NCBI GenBank assembly: GCA_044359815.1
Contig: JBIKLL010000054.1
Coordinates: 1-19,066 of the forward strand
DNA from: Pseudobdellovibrionaceae bacterium
GTDB lineage: Bacteria; Bdellovibrionota; Bdellovibrionia; Bdellovibrionales; Bdellovibrionaceae
Length of the DNA: 19,066 nt
Direction of reading: 5' to 3'
Shown here: positions 17,245-19,066 of the stretch, in pieces
Layout of the letters: every line of letters starts with the position of its first letter
How positions within the stretch are numbered: position 1 is the stretch's first letter
Notes under the pieces: model-generated
The model's database searches: none
The model's input: only the letters and a program-made list of their open reading frames with translations
Told to the model about the DNA's origin: nothing
Translations under genes and position numbers: made by a program

Positions 17245-17393
17245 CATTATTTTTTAAATTTCAAAGTATATAATTTTATTTAAAAAGGTTCTCCGCGGAG
17301 CCATGGATGGCGGGGGCTTGTCCCGAGTGGATGAGGCTGGATGCCGTAACCTTTTTAAGTAGAATTATATACTTTGAAATCTAAAAAATAATG
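17245..17393. repeat. Long inverted-repeat element (46-bp arms, 57-nt GC-rich core); MITE/REPIN-like or structured RNA
   Basis: Arm 17245-17290 matches the reverse complement of 17348-17393 at 43/46 positions. Imperfect pairing extends outward (AAGCTTGCTGC 17231-17241 with GCAGCAGCTT 17397-17406). Confidence 0.92.
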
Positions 17394-17480
17394 AGAGCAG
17401 CAGCTTCTAGTTCAAAAATAGAAGTTGGCACAATGAGGTTTGGTGATGACAACAGTTTCAAGGTTCGTTATCTGTATCCT

Positions 17481-19010
17481 ATGGCAAAAAATTATCAAAT
17501 CACTGGCGAAAATCTGACTCTGGACCTGGTCAATGCGATCGTATATTCAAGTACTGAAATTGCGCTTTCAGCAAAGGCCAAAACAAAAATAGAAAATTCC
17601 AGAAATTATCTGAATCAAAAACTAAAATCCAAAGAAAGCATCTACGGTGTTAACACTGGATTTGGAGCTTTAAGCTCGGTGCGGATTAAGAATTCAGAAA
17701 TCGAAGAGCTGCAAAAAAATCTGATCAGATCCCACTGCGTGGGTGTGGGTGTTCCGTTTTCGATTCCTGAAACCAGGGCGATAATGCTTTTAAGAGCCAA
17801 CGCTTTATCAAAGGGACATTCAGCCATCAGAATTCAAGTGGTTGAAAAAATCTTGGAATATTTAAATAACGATGTCATCGCAGTCATACCCAGCCAAGGA
17901 TCAGTGGGTGCCAGTGGGGATTTAGCTCCGCTATCGCATCTGGCCTTGGCACTGATGGGCGAAGGCTCTGTTTGGGAAAACGGCAAAAAAACTCCAACTG
18001 CCAATGTTTTGAAAAAGAAAAAAATCAAACCCCTGACCCTGCAGGCAAAAGAAGGCCTGTCCCTGATTAACGGCTGTCAGGTTATGACGGCCGTTGGAAT
18101 GTTAGCCACTAAAAGAGCCAAAAACTTTTTGCTGTTATTGGATTTAGCTGGAGCCATGTCACTGGAGGCCCTGCGTGGTTCACGAAAAGCATTTGATCCA
18201 CTGATTGCGGCAACCCGCCCCCATCCTGGTGAGGCCAAAACTGCCAGAAATTTATTAAATCTGATGGGTAAGAAAAGCGGCATTAGCCAAAGCCACGAAG
18301 ACTGCAACAAGGTCCAAGATGCATATTCATTGCGGTGCATGCCCCAGGTTCATGGAGCTGCAAAAGATGCCTTGAATTATGTGATTAACACTCTTGAAAT
18401 CGAAGCTAATTCATCAACTGACAATCCCTTAGTTTTTGCGGGTAAAGACAAAATTTTGTCATGTGGAAATTTTCATGGTGAACCCGTGGCTTTTGCAATG
18501 GATTTTGCAGCCATTGCAATTTCCGCTGCAGCAAATATTTCTGAATGCCGGATTGAAAAGCTGATTAATCCAGCGATGAGTGAGCTCCCTGCGTTTTTAG
18601 CACCGAATTCTGGATTAAATTCTGGCCATATGATTGTGCAGGTGGCGGCAGCCAGCCTGGTCAGCGAAAATAAAATTTTATCTCATCCAGCCAGTGTGGA
18701 CAGCATTCCCACCAGTGCGGACAAGGAAGACCATGTCAGCATGGGAACAATCGCTGCCAGAAAATTTCATCAGATCGTACAAAACGCAGAAAATATTTTG
18801 GCTATGGAATTTTTGTCAGCCACTCAGGCTTTGGATTTATTAAAACCTCTGACTCCGTCGGCCAGTGTGCTGAGGGCCTACGAATGCATCAGACAACATG
18901 TACCATTTGCCGCCACTGACCGAGTATTCAGTGATGACATTGAAGTTATAAAAAATCTGATCATCAGTGGTGAGCTGCTAAAATCTGTGGAAACCGAACT
19001 GGAATTTTAA
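17481..19010 (+). CDS. hutH: Histidine ammonia-lyase
   Basis: YGVNTGFG, LIRSH (His-specific SH), MIO-forming GSVGASGDLAPL, NG, QDAYSLRC, GNFHG, EDHVSMG. ATG 17481 (MAKNYQITGENL) fits the family N-terminus better than ATG 17391, which lies in the inverted-repeat arm. Confidence 0.96.
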   Translation: MAKNYQITGENLTLDLVNAIVYSSTEIALSAKAKTKIENSRNYLNQKLKSKESIYGVNTGFGALSSVRIKNSEIEELQKNLIRSHCVGVGVPFSIPETRAIMLLRANALSKGHSAIRIQVVEKILEYLNNDVIAVIPSQGSVGASGDLAPLSHLALALMGEGSVWENGKKTPTANVLKKKKIKPLTLQAKEGLSLINGCQVMTAVGMLATKRAKNFLLLLDLAGAMSLEALRGSRKAFDPLIAATRPHPGEAKTARNLLNLMGKKSGISQSHEDCNKVQDAYSLRCMPQVHGAAKDALNYVINTLEIEANSSTDNPLVFAGKDKILSCGNFHGEPVAFAMDFAAIAISAAANISECRIEKLINPAMSELPAFLAPNSGLNSGHMIVQVAAASLVSENKILSHPASVDSIPTSADKEDHVSMGTIAARKFHQIVQNAENILAMEFLSATQALDLLKPLTPSASVLRAYECIRQHVPFAATDRVFSDDIEVIKNLIISGELLKSVETELEF

Positions 19011-19066
19011 ATTTTATTAGTATGATCATTAGTATTTTTAGAATTTAATATTGTTTTTAAGAAAAA

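Noticed and set aside
17264..17375. AGTATATAAT / ATTATATACT in the arms as HutC operators
   Set aside because: Only a partial match to the TGTA-N2-TACA dyad, explained by the AT-rich inverted repeat, and no hutC is visible.
17245..17393. Long hairpin as a tRNA, known riboswitch or simple terminator
   Set aside because: No cloverleaf or T-loop, no aptamer consensus I recognise, and the stem is much longer and more AT-rich than an intrinsic terminator with no following U-tract.
17391..17480. 30-aa N-terminal extension of HutH from ATG 17391
   Set aside because: That ATG is the last three bases of the inverted-repeat arm and lacks an SD. Family similarity begins at ATG 17481.
12432..18843. Short overlapping ORFs within the transposase, peptidase, GT-C and hutH genes
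   Set aside because: They overlap well-supported longer CDSs and have no independent features.

Overview
Bacterial chromosomal window. The gene content and protein style suggest a Bdellovibrionota-like organism (inference). The left third is housekeeping: sucA-sucB-lpdA on the minus strand, divergent from gpmA-hutI. The right end carries hutH. Between hutI and hutH lies about 9.6 kb of accessory-looking DNA: a hypothetical gene, an orphan Flp/class-III-signal pilin-like gene, a DUF2796/ZrgA-like His-rich exported protein, and a near mirror-image block. That block reads TMTC-like GT-C/TPR gene (-), exported protein ending in CxxxF (-), 24-bp tandem hairpin repeats plus a stand-alone Y1 HUH (RAYT/IS200-like) transposase, exported M48 peptidase ending in CxxxF (+), and a second TMTC-like GT-C/TPR gene (+). 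The most striking non-coding signal lies just upstream of hutH: a 46-bp AT-rich inverted repeat (43/46 matches) enclosing a 57-nt GC-rich core with three TGGATG motifs, two of them in CsrA/RsmA-site-like GGA hairpin loops. No rRNA, tRNA or CRISPR array was recognised. All calls come from reading motifs by eye; no database searches were run.
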